Counted from the stretch's first letter, positions 49,807-60,524 are shown. The stretch: DNA of 64,000 nt from an uncultured Spirochaetota bacterium (GCA_963768055.1 CAVYGN010000002.1:672001-736000); one strand, 5' to 3'. Notes: generated by a model from the sequence alone, not told the origin. Numbers and translations are program-made.

Positions 49807-51006
49807 ATGATAAAGATCAACGAAAATTTTAATTCCCTTCAAGGGAACTACCTTTTTTATGAAACAGGTAAAAGAGTAAATGAATATTTGCAGAAAAATC
49901 CAGGGGCCGGGATAATCAAGCTGGGAATTGGGGATGTGACGGAACCTCTAAGCCCTTCAATAATTACAGGCTTAATAGAAGCGGTAAAAGAAATGGGTGT
50001 AAGAGAAACCTTTCAGGGATATCCGCCCTGTGAAGGGTATGATTTTTTAAGGAATATAATAAGTGAAAGTGAATATAAGGTAAGGGGGATTGATATCTCC
50101 CCGGATGAAATATTTATTTCAACAGGGGCAAAAGAGGATACGGCAAATATTCAGGAACTCTTTTCTAACGATATCAAACTGGCCATCACCGATCCGGTAT
50201 ACCCGGTTTATGTGGACAGCAATATAATGGCAGGAAGGAAAGAAATAGTCTACCTGCCCTGCACTTCAATGAACAATTTCCTTCCCGAACTTCCTGAAGA
50301 GGATGTAGACCTAATATACCTTTGTTTTCCTAACAATCCCACAGGCCAGGTTATTAAATTTTCGGGTTTAAAAAAATGGATCGATTATGCAAAACAAAAA
50401 AAGGCTATTATATTATTTGACGCGGCTTATGAGGCATATATAAGGCAAGACGATATCCCCCGCAGCATATTTGAAATTGAGGGGGCTCATGAAGTTGCCG
50501 TTGAATTCAGGAGTCTTTCAAAGACAGCCGGTTTTACAGGAACAAGATGTTCTTATACTGTTATTCCTGATAAATTAAATGTTTCTGATATGAAAGGAGA
50601 GATACATAGCCTGAAAAAACTATGGCTGAGAAGACAGTCGACAAAATCGAATGGGGTAGCTTATATCATTCAAAAAGGCGCCTATCGATATTTTACTGAA
50701 CAGGGAAGAAGAGAAAACAGAGCGGTATTGGATTATTATCTTGAAAATGCGGCTATCATAGGAAGGGGAATATCCTCTCTCGGCCTCGGGTTTACAGGGG
50801 GTGTTAATTCTCCCTATATATGGTGCAATGTTCCCGATGGATTGAGTTCATGGCAATTTTTTGATGAGCTTTTAAATAAATGTAATATTGCAGGGACGCC
50901 GGGATCTGGTTTCGGTGCTTGCGGAGAGGGATTCTTTAGACTGACCGGGTTCGGGAAAAGGCAGGATATTGAAGAAGCTGTCGAAAGGCTTGCTAGGTTT
51001 AAATGA
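49807..51006 (+). CDS. dapL: LL-diaminopimelate aminotransferase
   Basis: NYLF, LGIGDVTEP, DPVYPVYVD, PNNPTG, SKTAGFTGTRC, TPGSGFG. Confidence 0.95.
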   Translation: MIKINENFNSLQGNYLFYETGKRVNEYLQKNPGAGIIKLGIGDVTEPLSPSIITGLIEAVKEMGVRETFQGYPPCEGYDFLRNIISESEYKVRGIDISPDEIFISTGAKEDTANIQELFSNDIKLAITDPVYPVYVDSNIMAGRKEIVYLPCTSMNNFLPELPEEDVDLIYLCFPNNPTGQVIKFSGLKKWIDYAKQKKAIILFDAAYEAYIRQDDIPRSIFEIEGAHEVAVEFRSLSKTAGFTGTRCSYTVIPDKLNVSDMKGEIHSLKKLWLRRQSTKSNGVAYIIQKGAYRYFTEQGRRENRAVLDYYLENAAIIGRGISSLGLGFTGGVNSPYIWCNVPDGLSSWQFFDELLNKCNIAGTPGSGFGACGEGFFRLTGFGKRQDIEEAVERLARFK

Positions 51007-51031
51007 TCGTTTAAATTAATTCGGAGGTTAT

Positions 51032-51292
51032 ATGCCACAGTACGATTATAAATGCGACAAATGCGGTTATTTTTTCGAAGTTTTTCAGAAGATAACTGAT
51101 GAAAGGATTGAAAGTTGTCCCGAGTGCGGCGGGTCTGTAAAAAGGATGATAGGCAGCCTTGCCGGGATAATATTTAAGGGGAATGGGTTTTATACTACGG
51201 ATTACAAAAAAAATGCTCCGACATGTGAAAATAAATCGGATTCTAACCCTGCATGCGGAAACTGCCCGAGCCGATCATCCCGGACCGATTAA
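51032..51292 (+). CDS. FmdB-family zinc-ribbon protein
   Basis: MPQYDYKC..CG...CPECGG...FKGNGFYTTDY. Confidence 0.9.
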   Translation: MPQYDYKCDKCGYFFEVFQKITDERIESCPECGGSVKRMIGSLAGIIFKGNGFYTTDYKKNAPTCENKSDSNPACGNCPSRSSRTD

Positions 51293-51308
51293 ATCGGAAT
51301 ATATAATT

Positions 51309-52442
51309 TTATTTTTCCAGCAATACCAGATTATCGATATGGACTGCGGATGAGTATTTATTCTCCTTTCCAAGAATAATTTCTATTTCAGAATTTTTCT
51401 TTCCAGCGATCCTGAGTATATCAGCTGATGAATAATTGGTTAAACCGACCCCTAATTCATTGCCTTCCGTGTCGGCAACAACCACCGTATCTCCGTAATG
51501 AAAGTTTCCGGATGTTGTTCTTATTCCGCTCGCAAGCAGGCTCTTATGATGGAGGATAGCGTTTTTCGCGCCATCGTCTACATATATAGTGCCCCTGGTT
51601 TTTTTTACACTGATCCATCTCTTTTTATAATTCAGGCTCTTAGGTGAAGGCAGAAATATCGTACCTTCCGACAGATCATGGAATACCAGTGAAAGGATAT
51701 TTTTTTTAAAACCGTTCGCTATGACACATGGAACCCCGGAGAGAGTCGATACCTTCGCGGCATGGAGTTTTGAGATCATACCGCCTTTTGTATAATTTTC
51801 TTCCTGTTTACAGGCGTATTTCATTACTGTGTTTATATTATCGACAACTCGTATGAATTTTGCCGATGGAGTGCCATAGTCCTGGTAAAAACCGTCAACA
51901 TCCGATAACATAATATAAAGGTTAGAATCTGACAGCAAGCTCACATAAGCCCCAAGGCGGTCATTTTCACCGACCTTGATCTCTTCGACGGCGACGGAGT
52001 CGTTTTCATTTATCACTGGAGTTATTCCCATTTCCAGCATAGAATTAAGTGTGTTCCTCGCGTTAAGATAAGAAGTCCTGTTGTCAAATATATAATGCGT
52101 CAGCAATACCTGGCCCACAGGCAGCTTATGTTTATTGAATTCTTCTTTAAATATCTGCATCAATCTGATCTGTCCCAATCCTGCAATAGCCTGTTTTTGG
52201 GATAAGGTTAGTTTATCGGCCATATCCTTGTTTTGAAATAGTTCATATATGCCAAGCCCTATTGCACCGCTTGAAGTTATAATAAATTCGACGCCCTTTT
52301 GTTTTAATTCAGCGATCTCCCTTACGATACCTGCGATATTCTCTGAATTAATGCTGTTCAGGTCTGTTATTTGTTTAGTCCCGAGTTTAATAACGACCCT
52401 TTTAATGTTTAATTCCCTGTTATCCGGCAATTTTATTTTCAT
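51309..52442 (-). CDS. proB: glutamate 5-kinase
   Basis: VIKLGT, SSGAI, PVINENDSV, GGMISK; C-terminal PUA domain. Confidence 0.95.
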   Translation of the reverse strand: MKIKLPDNRELNIKRVVIKLGTKQITDLNSINSENIAGIVREIAELKQKGVEFIITSSGAIGLGIYELFQNKDMADKLTLSQKQAIAGLGQIRLMQIFKEEFNKHKLPVGQVLLTHYIFDNRTSYLNARNTLNSMLEMGITPVINENDSVAVEEIKVGENDRLGAYVSLLSDSNLYIMLSDVDGFYQDYGTPSAKFIRVVDNINTVMKYACKQEENYTKGGMISKLHAAKVSTLSGVPCVIANGFKKNILSLVFHDLSEGTIFLPSPKSLNYKKRWISVKKTRGTIYVDDGAKNAILHHKSLLASGIRTTSGNFHYGDTVVVADTEGNELGVGLTNYSSADILRIAGKKNSEIEIILGKENKYSSAVHIDNLVLLEK

Positions 52443-53443
52443 GAACTTTTCTCAATTTCCATGTATTTATCAATCAGGCTGTATTTTAATTCTTTCAATC
52501 CTATGCCTGTAAGCGCCGAGATCAGAAAAACCTCACCGGCGATATTTTTAAATTTTGCTAATAGAGCCAACCTGGCCTTTTCATCAAAAGTCAGATCTAT
52601 TTTATTTAAAGCGACTATATATGGCCTGTTATAAATATTAATAGAATAACCTGCCAGCTCTTTTCTTAATATTTTGAATTTATTTTCAGGATCATCATTT
52701 GAATCTAAAATAAATAATATAAGGCTTGTTCTTTCGATATGCTTGAGAAAATCGGTGCCGAGACCTTTACCTGTATTGGCGCCTTCAATCAAACCCGGTA
52801 TGTCGGCTATTACCAGGCTTTGGTAACTGTCATCTGAATTCATAATACCGATGTTAGGGTGAAGGGTTGTAAAGGGGTAATTGCCTATTTTAGGCCTTGC
52901 ATTTGTAATTTTTGAAATCAGGGTCGATTTACCCGAATTTGGAAAACCAACAAGGCCTATATGCGCAATCATTTTTAATTCCAGGGCTAAATTTATTTCA
53001 TCTCCAGATTTTCCCTTTTGCGCGTAAAACGGTGTCTGATTCGTAGGGCCTTTAAAATGAACATTTCCCTTGCCCCCGATTCCTCCCCGCGCAGCAATAA
53101 ATTCAGATTCATTTTCTGTAAGATCGGCAAGAAAGCCCCCTGTATCTGCATTGTTTATTATCGTACCGGCAGGCACTTCTATGGATAATGAGGAACCATT
53201 TTTCCCGGTTTTTTTGTTCGACAACCCTTTCCCGCCGTCTTCCGCTTTAAATTTTTGATTGTTATGTAAATATGATAGAGTTCTCAGATGGGGATTGACT
53301 TTTATTATTACATTCCCGCCTTTCCCTCCGTCACCTCCGTCTGGGCCGCCTTTAGGGATATATTTCTCTCTTCGGAAAGTGGCCGCACCGGCGCCTCCTT
53401 TCCCGGCTTTCACAACGATCCGGACTTCGTCCTTAAACATCAT
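52439..53443 (-). CDS. obgE: GTPase ObgE/CgtA
   Basis: FRREKYIPKGGPDGGDGG, GFPNSGKST, YPFTT, DIPG, NKID; ATGA overlap with the upstream gene. Confidence 0.97.
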   Translation of the reverse strand: MMFKDEVRIVVKAGKGGAGAATFRREKYIPKGGPDGGDGGKGGNVIIKVNPHLRTLSYLHNNQKFKAEDGGKGLSNKKTGKNGSSLSIEVPAGTIINNADTGGFLADLTENESEFIAARGGIGGKGNVHFKGPTNQTPFYAQKGKSGDEINLALELKMIAHIGLVGFPNSGKSTLISKITNARPKIGNYPFTTLHPNIGIMNSDDSYQSLVIADIPGLIEGANTGKGLGTDFLKHIERTSLILFILDSNDDPENKFKILRKELAGYSINIYNRPYIVALNKIDLTFDEKARLALLAKFKNIAGEVFLISALTGIGLKELKYSLIDKYMEIEKSS

Positions 53444-54906
53444 AAATTGAAGACCCACCATTCATCGCATTTTTCGCAAAGAGGGGGGGTGGAAAAATTC
53501 TCATTCCAGTGTTCCTTATACGCCGAGTTCATATTGTTCCAGCAATTTTCTATTCCATCAGTGAGCATGTTTCCCATTAAAATGCGGGCATTATAATCCT
53601 GTCTGCAGAGCGGTACGTTGCCATCCGAATGGATAACCATATCGTGTTTCAAATGCAGGCAGGGGAAGCGCCTGACCGGCGACAGATCGACGACCCTGAA
53701 CTTATCCAGCATCCCTCCGAAAGTATCCGGTTTTTTTATTATTATCCTTTCTGAGAATTCCCTCCATCTTTCATAAAATTGTAAAAGCTCATTTTCATTT
53801 TCCGTGGTCCGTGTAAATTGAATATATATTTTCTCTCTATTTTCCATTATTTTTATCTTTTCCTCCATGGCCGCAAGCCCTTCGAAGGGAATAAGGGTAT
53901 TAAGGGGTTTTTTATATAAGGCGAAAGTATCATTTTTTGAGGAACTGACATCGAAAATAACCCTTACATTCGGCAATTTGAGCAGGGCTTTGACCGGGTC
54001 CGTGTTATTGAAAAGGCATCGGCTTTCGATAAGAAACTGAATTTGAGGGTATTTGCCTATTTCAGTTATAACATCCCCGATTGCTGAATATAACATGGGT
54101 TCACCGAAAAGACCCAGACTGACAGCCGGGTTATATGAAAATTCGGATATCTGCCCAATGATTTTTGTGAAATCGACGATATTAATTTCCGGTCTTCCAT
54201 CGAGCTTTCCAGAGATAAAAAAATCACTGTTTTCTCTCTCGGAATTTAGCTCGATCTCAAAATAAGTAGGCCGTTTCCTGATGATGCCGGGATTGTTATT
54301 GATCAAAGCTTCGAGTTCCAGATGGGACAAATTATTGCTTCCTCTGGATACGATATCATCAAGAATAAGATAATTGTTATAATTATCGGGGACGAAATTA
54401 ACTCTGTAATTAATTAGCCTGCATGGAGATATGTATATATTACAGTCATAGGAGGATATGTCTTTTTCGAAAATTTCTTTAACGCTGTTCCTGAAAAGAG
54501 GGAGGTTTTCCGGTATGGTTTTTAAGATAAAACCGGCAACATCGCTTTCCAGGATCTCAGGGAAGAGGCCGGCCGGTAAATTTTCAGGGAATGTGTAGTC
54601 GAACGCGAAACGTTTATGCTCCTCAAGCATTTTCCTTGTCGATTCAAGGTCCAGCAAAGGCGAAAAGGCGTTCATAATAATGACGCTTTTACCTTTCAGT
54701 CTGTCCTTTAAAAAAGTTAAAAAATCTTTTGAAGTTTTATATGATAAGACCTTTATATTGTCTCCGTATTTAATGGGGGGATTGCCGGATAATATATAGA
54801 TCTCATCAGTTAAATGCTTGATTTTCGACAGGGTTATATCGAAAAAGACCTGGAGCTTTTCCCGGTCTGAAAACTTATTGTCTACGAGTATCGCCGCAAG
54901 GCTCAC
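53440..54906 (-). CDS. spiro-SPASM-type protein (nucleotidyltransferase-like N-terminus, degenerate radical SAM core, SPASM domain)
   Basis: DYTFPENLPAGLFPEI; DLSPVRRFPC.HL...DG.VPLC.QD...C..CDEWW; no CxxxCxxC. Confidence 0.8.
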   Translation of the reverse strand: MSLAAILVDNKFSDREKLQVFFDITLSKIKHLTDEIYILSGNPPIKYGDNIKVLSYKTSKDFLTFLKDRLKGKSVIIMNAFSPLLDLESTRKMLEEHKRFAFDYTFPENLPAGLFPEILESDVAGFILKTIPENLPLFRNSVKEIFEKDISSYDCNIYISPCRLINYRVNFVPDNYNNYLILDDIVSRGSNNLSHLELEALINNNPGIIRKRPTYFEIELNSERENSDFFISGKLDGRPEINIVDFTKIIGQISEFSYNPAVSLGLFGEPMLYSAIGDVITEIGKYPQIQFLIESRCLFNNTDPVKALLKLPNVRVIFDVSSSKNDTFALYKKPLNTLIPFEGLAAMEEKIKIMENREKIYIQFTRTTENENELLQFYERWREFSERIIIKKPDTFGGMLDKFRVVDLSPVRRFPCLHLKHDMVIHSDGNVPLCRQDYNARILMGNMLTDGIENCWNNMNSAYKEHWNENFSTPPLCEKCDEWWVFNL

Positions 54907-55160
54907 ATCCAGCTCCTTATTAAATTAATAATCGTTAGTGAAAGCCACAGATTACACGGATATATTATTATAATTATGTTAAAGAGTTATCGCAATTTTA
55001 ATTAGAACGATTAAGCCAAAATCTCTTATCGAGTCTTTGCGTTAACGGTCTTGGATGCGGCGTCATTCCGGCAAGGCCGGATATTTTATTATAAAAAATC
55101 ACGTTTTTTTTTAAAAATCCGATATTAGCGATATTAGATTAAAAAACGGGGTAATTTCAA

Positions 55161-55979
55161 ATGAGACAGCTATTCGCAATCGTTATATTTATTTTATTAT
55201 TTTCTTTCTCTTTCGGGGATGATTTTATTATCGACGAACCGGGTTCAAACAGCAATTCCTCTTCGCCTGTGAAAACCTCGCCAGGATTCACTCCGGGACT
55301 TACCGGGAAATCTGTGAATTCGATAGGGTCCGTCCCTGTCCCGTCGGGGATTGGAAAGGGAGACGTTGACGGCGAATTTTCAATGTATGATGACGGCGGT
55401 GTAAATATGCGGTTTATCGTGGGGATTATGGATGCGATAGATATAGGAATTTCAGAGAACCTTGACGGCCTTATAGGATCGGGCAATATTAATGTGAATA
55501 TTCCCGGAGCATATATAAAGGTTACACTTATTAAGGATTTGAATAATTTTAACTGGGCTTTCGGCTTTGACAGTTTTGCTTACGGGACTGAGGGAACTTA
55601 CTTTCCTACAAACACAAACCTGGCTCCCGCGACTATTTACGGTTTTTATACCGCTGTCGGCTGGCATTACAGCGCTATCGGCGGAAACGATATTCTTTCG
55701 ACAGGGATAAGGTTCCCGCTGCTGCCGGCAGAAGAAAGGGATTTTACTAACGCATCTTTATTTATCGGGGCGACTATAAGCGCGCCTCAATATATATCGT
55801 TTGGTTTGACCCTTGAAAACTTTTTCTTTGATTTTTCCAGGGCTAAATATATCCTTCCTTCTTTTATATTTACAATTACCCCGAGTCAGCCTTTCAATAT
55901 TTCTTTGATCCTGCAGTATGATTTCAGTGTTTCCAGATTGAACAGGATATTATCCCTGAACTATATAACAGGATTTTAG
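55161..55979 (+). CDS. putative outer-membrane beta-barrel protein
   Basis: Signal peptide, alternating amphipathic beta pattern, terminal Phe. Confidence 0.55.
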   Translation: MRQLFAIVIFILLFSFSFGDDFIIDEPGSNSNSSSPVKTSPGFTPGLTGKSVNSIGSVPVPSGIGKGDVDGEFSMYDDGGVNMRFIVGIMDAIDIGISENLDGLIGSGNINVNIPGAYIKVTLIKDLNNFNWAFGFDSFAYGTEGTYFPTNTNLAPATIYGFYTAVGWHYSAIGGNDILSTGIRFPLLPAEERDFTNASLFIGATISAPQYISFGLTLENFFFDFSRAKYILPSFIFTITPSQPFNISLILQYDFSVSRLNRILSLNYITGF

Positions 55980-55986
55980 AAGCGCC

Positions 55987-57213
55987 CTAACTGAGATAAT
56001 TGGCGTTAATCATCACATAGTCGCAGGTTAAATCGCTTGTCCAGAGGAAATATTCCCTTTTTCCTATTCCCAGATCCAAAGTAATACGTATTTCAGGGGA
56101 CAGCAGTTCTCCCGATGCCAGGCTTTCATTGGCCCTATTGACATCGCCTTTCTCGAATATGATCAAATCGTTTATTTTAAGTGAAATCTGTGCGAGTTCG
56201 AATTTGGCTTCGGAATACCCAAGCGCGGCAAGTATTCTGCCCCAGTTGGGGTTCTGGCCAAAAATCGCTGTTTTTACCAGAAAGGAATCGCCTATAGCTC
56301 TGGCGATTTTTTCGGCGTCTGAGACCGTCAGTGCATTATGGACCGAAATACTGATGAATTTGCTCGCTCCCTCTCCGTCTTTTACTATCATTTTTGCAAG
56401 AGTCTGGCATATTATTATCAGTACCTGCTTGAAAAGCTTATAATTATCGTCGTCTTCTGAAATAATAGTGTTTTCTGCTTCGCCATTCGCTATTAAAAAC
56501 ACGCTGTCATTGGTACTGGTATCATTGTCGACGCTGATGCGGTTGAATGAAAGGTCGGCGGCCTCTTTTAAAGAGAGTTTCAGCATATCGTTTGAAATAA
56601 CGGCATCCGTTGTAATAAAAACAAGCATGGTTGCATGAGGCGCTTCCAGAATCGGTTTTATCATACCCGCGCCTTTAGCTGTGCCGCCTATTTTCACCTT
56701 TTTGCCGTTTAGTTCAAACTCATAAGCGCAATTTTTCATTTTTTTATCGGTTGTCATAATTGCATTGGAAAAATTCTTATAATTGCTTTCTGTTTTTATG
56801 AGATTACAAAGCTTTTCAATACCGTAATTAACACGGTCCATAATTAACTTTTTTCCGATAACACCGGTGGAAGCCGCCATTACCGAACCCTCTTTAAGAG
56901 AAAGTAATTTCTCGACCTGTTTTACCATATCCATGGCGTTTTCATCGCCTATCTTGCCAGTTAGGCAATTCGCGTTGCCGCTGTTTACAATAATGGCTGA
57001 GACAGGATTATTTGAACGTGAAATGTCCAGGGTGACCGGAGCAGCTTTGACCTTATTTTTCGTGAAAAGGCATGCGGCGGAGCATGGTGTTTTTGATACT
57101 ATAAGGCCGATATCCTTGTACCCGCCTTCCTTCAGGCCGCAGGATACTCCCGTAGCCTTGAATCCCTGGGGTTCCGTTATTCCGCCTTCCAGCGCCGTAA
57201 ATTTTACTTCCAT
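55987..57213 (-). CDS. argJ: bifunctional ornithine acetyltransferase / N-acetylglutamate synthase
   Basis: NSGNANC, STGVIG, KGAGMI, ATML autocleavage site, DTSTND, DGEGA, NWGRI. Confidence 0.96.
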   Translation of the reverse strand: MEVKFTALEGGITEPQGFKATGVSCGLKEGGYKDIGLIVSKTPCSAACLFTKNKVKAAPVTLDISRSNNPVSAIIVNSGNANCLTGKIGDENAMDMVKQVEKLLSLKEGSVMAASTGVIGKKLIMDRVNYGIEKLCNLIKTESNYKNFSNAIMTTDKKMKNCAYEFELNGKKVKIGGTAKGAGMIKPILEAPHATMLVFITTDAVISNDMLKLSLKEAADLSFNRISVDNDTSTNDSVFLIANGEAENTIISEDDDNYKLFKQVLIIICQTLAKMIVKDGEGASKFISISVHNALTVSDAEKIARAIGDSFLVKTAIFGQNPNWGRILAALGYSEAKFELAQISLKINDLIIFEKGDVNRANESLASGELLSPEIRITLDLGIGKREYFLWTSDLTCDYVMINANYLS

Positions 57214-57227
57214 AACTATTCCCTGAA

Positions 57228-58292
57228 TTAATTGTCATCCGGCGTACCGCCGGATTCGGCTTTTCCGAATGCAGTTATGTCAGCACCTTCTGAAAGTTTT
57301 CTCCGAACGAGTTCATCAACTTTTTTAAGGATTGCAGGCTTGTCCTCTATTTCCTTGATAAGATTGTCCCTTCCCTGGGAGATCCTGTCTTCACCTAGAA
57401 AATACCATGTCCCTTTACGCTGAATTACACCGCTGGATACTGCGGCGTCTATGAGGCAGCCTATCTTGGAGATGCCTTTGCCGTAAATGATATCGAATTC
57501 AGCCTGTTTGAACGGTGCCGACATTTTATTTTTAACAACTTTTGCCCTTACCCTGTTGCCGTAATTTTCTTCGCCTTTTTTCAAAGCCTCTATCTTGCGG
57601 ATTTCGATTCTAATGGAGGAGTAAAATTTTAAAGCCATCCCTCCTGTAGTTGTTTCCGGGTTTCCATATACAACACCAATTTTCATTCTTATCTGGTTGA
57701 TAAAAATTAAAGCGGTTTTCGATTTACTGATAATTGCGGTTAATTTACGCAATGCTTGTGACATCAGGCGGGCCTGCATACCCATCTGTGCGTCTCCCAT
57801 ATTCCCGTCGATTTCAGCCTTCGGGACCAGGGCTGCTACAGAATCGACAACGATTAGATCGACAGCGCCGCTGCGGATAAGACTTTCGACGATTTCAAGG
57901 GCCTGTTCTCCCGTATCCGGTTGTGAAATAAGAAGGTTATTGATATCAATTCCGATTTTCTCAGCATACAACGGATCCAGTGCATGTTCGGCATCTATAA
58001 ACGCGCAGATTCCTCCCGCTTTCTGAGATTCTGCAATAATTGAAAGAGTAAGGGTTGTTTTACCGGATGCTTCGGGGCCGTATATTTCAGTCACTCTGCC
58101 GCAAGGGATCCCTCCGATTCCAAGGGCCAGATCAAGCGTCAGGGCTCCCGTGGAAATAGCAGGGTAATCGTTTGTTTTGGGCCTATCGCCCATTTTCATT
58201 ATAGCGCCCTTTCCGAATTGTTTTTCGATCTGGGCCATGGCTATCTGGAGCGCTTTTTCTTTTTCTTTAACATCCATGGTATTGTCGGACAT
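57228..58292 (-). CDS. recA: recombinase RecA
   Basis: [43 protein letters not shown] before ATG at 58292. Confidence 0.99.
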   Translation of the reverse strand: MSDNTMDVKEKEKALQIAMAQIEKQFGKGAIMKMGDRPKTNDYPAISTGALTLDLALGIGGIPCGRVTEIYGPEASGKTTLTLSIIAESQKAGGICAFIDAEHALDPLYAEKIGIDINNLLISQPDTGEQALEIVESLIRSGAVDLIVVDSVAALVPKAEIDGNMGDAQMGMQARLMSQALRKLTAIISKSKTALIFINQIRMKIGVVYGNPETTTGGMALKFYSSIRIEIRKIEALKKGEENYGNRVRAKVVKNKMSAPFKQAEFDIIYGKGISKIGCLIDAAVSSGVIQRKGTWYFLGEDRISQGRDNLIKEIEDKPAILKKVDELVRRKLSEGADITAFGKAESGGTPDDN

Positions 58293-58528
58293 AAAAACCT
58301 CCGGTAGTGACAGAATATTATTTATATTATACAATAGTTTATAGAATATGAAAATAAATAGGATGAAACAAAATTCCCCATCACTTTATAACAAATCAAT
58401 ATTGTAAATGATGTCACTATCAAGTGAAATCTTACAGGACTATCCTTGACTAATGACCTGATCTGCTTTAGAATTTATCGTCTTTTGATGCGGTCATTTT
58501 TATCATAATAATAAAAGGGAGTTAGATT

Positions 58529-58831
58529 ATGGGTTTGGCAAGTTTTATCATAACCGCGGCCGGCATATTGCTGACTTTACTTGGGTTTTTATGGGATATT
58601 AAATTCTTACCCGAAGGATTTGCAAATTTAAAAATGCCTGTATTGTCCATACTTCTGCCTGTTAATATGACACTTCTTATTATCGGGCTTGCGACAGGGA
58701 TCGTAACATACCTGAAAGACATTCAAAGAGGTTTCTCAATGATGTCTATAATATTTTCGGCATTTTTTGGACTTGTGACCTTGAATAATATTTTTGTCAC
58801 ATTTGAGATTCTGGATAAAATCAAATTCTAA
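58529..58831 (+). CDS. small membrane protein (about 3 TM)
   Basis: Hydrophobic 100-aa ORF with GGGAG SD. Confidence 0.6.
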   Translation: MGLASFIITAAGILLTLLGFLWDIKFLPEGFANLKMPVLSILLPVNMTLLIIGLATGIVTYLKDIQRGFSMMSIIFSAFFGLVTLNNIFVTFEILDKIKF

Positions 58832-58873
58832 AAACATTATTTTTCCGGAGAATTGACCATTGATTTTTGAGAA

Positions 58874-58948
58874 GGGCGCTTAGCTCAGTTGGTTTAGAGC
58901 ATCTGCCTTACAAGCAGAGGGTCACAGGTTCGACTCCTGTAGCGCCCA
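58874..58948 (+). tRNA. tRNA-Val(TAC), CCA not encoded
   Basis: Acceptor stem GGGCGCT/AGCGCCC; D arm AGCTCAGTTGGTTTAGAGC; anticodon loop CT-TAC-AA; T loop GGTTCGACTCC. Confidence 0.97.
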
Positions 58949-58998
58949 ATTATTATTATTAAAAAATAAGGTAAATATATAACAATACGAATAAAAAA

Positions 58999-60471
58999 AT
59001 GAAAAAATTAATAATATTATCGTTATTTTCTATACAGATTTTATCCTCATGTGTTACACGTCCCGATCAAACCTTAGATAAAAACAACCAGACAAATCGT
59101 AATATTATTGTAGATAAATTATATAATTATTATAGCGCATTTCGAAATGGAAACAGCGCCCAGTTAAAAGATTGTCCCCCTGTATTTTTATCAGCATTGT
59201 CAAACGAGTTTATTTTAAATGTTTTTACAGGCGAAAAAGCCCTGGCAAACGCAGCTTTACTTTATTCCTCTATGACTAATGAGAATGATTTAAACAGGGC
59301 TTTTATAAACCAGCGAATTGGAACTGTATATTATAAGATGGGAAATTATCCGGAATCATATAAATATATAAATACAGCTATTTACGAAGGGACAAAAAAC
59401 CCGGAATTATTTTATTACAAAACGCTGCTATTATATTACTATAAAAAGGATTATACGGGAGCTGAAAATTATCTGGAAAACCTTGACATAGGCCAAACAG
59501 GCCCTTTCCTTAATTATCAGGATATTTTATTTCTAAAAGCCTCTTTGAAATGTGAGAAAAATGATTTCAATAACGCTTATTCGATATTTATGAAAGCGAA
59601 AGATATTGATCCGGACCGCTTTTTTATTTATTACGATATACTGCCTTATTTTATCAGGAGCGATAATCCAGGCATACTGGGCGGCTATATAAAAGATTCG
59701 TTTAAATATCTGACGTCTTTCTCCAACAATAATTACAGGCTGAAAGCTTATAGGGAGCTCATTACTTATAACAGATTACAGAACAGGGAAACCCTTTATA
59801 TACCGTTTAATCTTTCAGAAAATTATAACTATTCGACAAACCTGCTTTATTTTTATTCAAAGGGGTATCCGGTCATTGAAAAAAGAAAAAGCCAGAATAT
59901 TATAAGCCCCCTTCAGGAGATAAAAAAAACATCAAGGGACCTGGTTTATTCCCCTCTTTATGAAGAATATGTCGACTCGGAAAACGGTAGTACTGTGTTT
60001 TTGCAGGAAGGTATCGTAAAACTGACAAATATCAGGCTCTTCCCTTATTCCTATTCTATTCCTGTTACAAAACTCATAACCATCAGCAATATTATCCTTC
60101 TTCTTTCGCCTACAAACCGTTTTGAAGTGGTTACTAATGCGGATAAACAAGATAGTACAAAAGAATATATTACCAGTAACGCGCTCAATGAAATTTATAG
60201 GATCAATTGCCCTTATGATTATTATTTAGACACAGGTATGTTCGCCCTTGAGAATAATAAGACCAGGGATTTTGTGACCTTTGGAATAACCACAAACAAT
60301 CAAGTCGTAGTCTCCATCTTTTATCCTGTTCAAAAAAAACTTGAATCTTACAAATTTTCATTAAAAAGGTATGACAGCGCTTTTGTCATCCAGGATATCA
60401 AGGGTGATAATAATCCCGAATTGATTTTGCTTGACGATGACATCTATATAATTGGAAAGACTAACCGCTGA
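58999..60471 (+). CDS. TPR-containing lipoprotein
   Basis: Lipobox LSSC; TPR-like helices; C-terminal DIKGDNNPELI motif. Confidence 0.7.
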   Translation: MKKLIILSLFSIQILSSCVTRPDQTLDKNNQTNRNIIVDKLYNYYSAFRNGNSAQLKDCPPVFLSALSNEFILNVFTGEKALANAALLYSSMTNENDLNRAFINQRIGTVYYKMGNYPESYKYINTAIYEGTKNPELFYYKTLLLYYYKKDYTGAENYLENLDIGQTGPFLNYQDILFLKASLKCEKNDFNNAYSIFMKAKDIDPDRFFIYYDILPYFIRSDNPGILGGYIKDSFKYLTSFSNNNYRLKAYRELITYNRLQNRETLYIPFNLSENYNYSTNLLYFYSKGYPVIEKRKSQNIISPLQEIKKTSRDLVYSPLYEEYVDSENGSTVFLQEGIVKLTNIRLFPYSYSIPVTKLITISNIILLLSPTNRFEVVTNADKQDSTKEYITSNALNEIYRINCPYDYYLDTGMFALENNKTRDFVTFGITTNNQVVVSIFYPVQKKLESYKFSLKRYDSAFVIQDIKGDNNPELILLDDDIYIIGKTNR

Positions 60472-60491
60472 TTGCTTTCGACAGCCCCAGG

Positions 60492-60524
60492 TGTCATTTC
60501 GAGGAGTGTAGCGACGAGAAATCT
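60492..60524. repeat. REP-like intergenic element between convergent genes
   Basis: TGTCATTTCGAGGAG...CGACGAGAAATCT short self-complementary motif. Confidence 0.4.

Noticed and set aside
55040..55082. Small hairpin TCCGGCAAGGCCGGA as ncRNA
   Set aside because: Too short, and no family features recognised.
58293..58528. LexA box upstream of recA
   Set aside because: No convincing GAAC-N4-GTTC or CTGT-N8-ACAG match.
58874..60471. Integrated element at tRNA-Val
   Set aside because: No integrase and no duplicated tRNA 3' end seen in the window.
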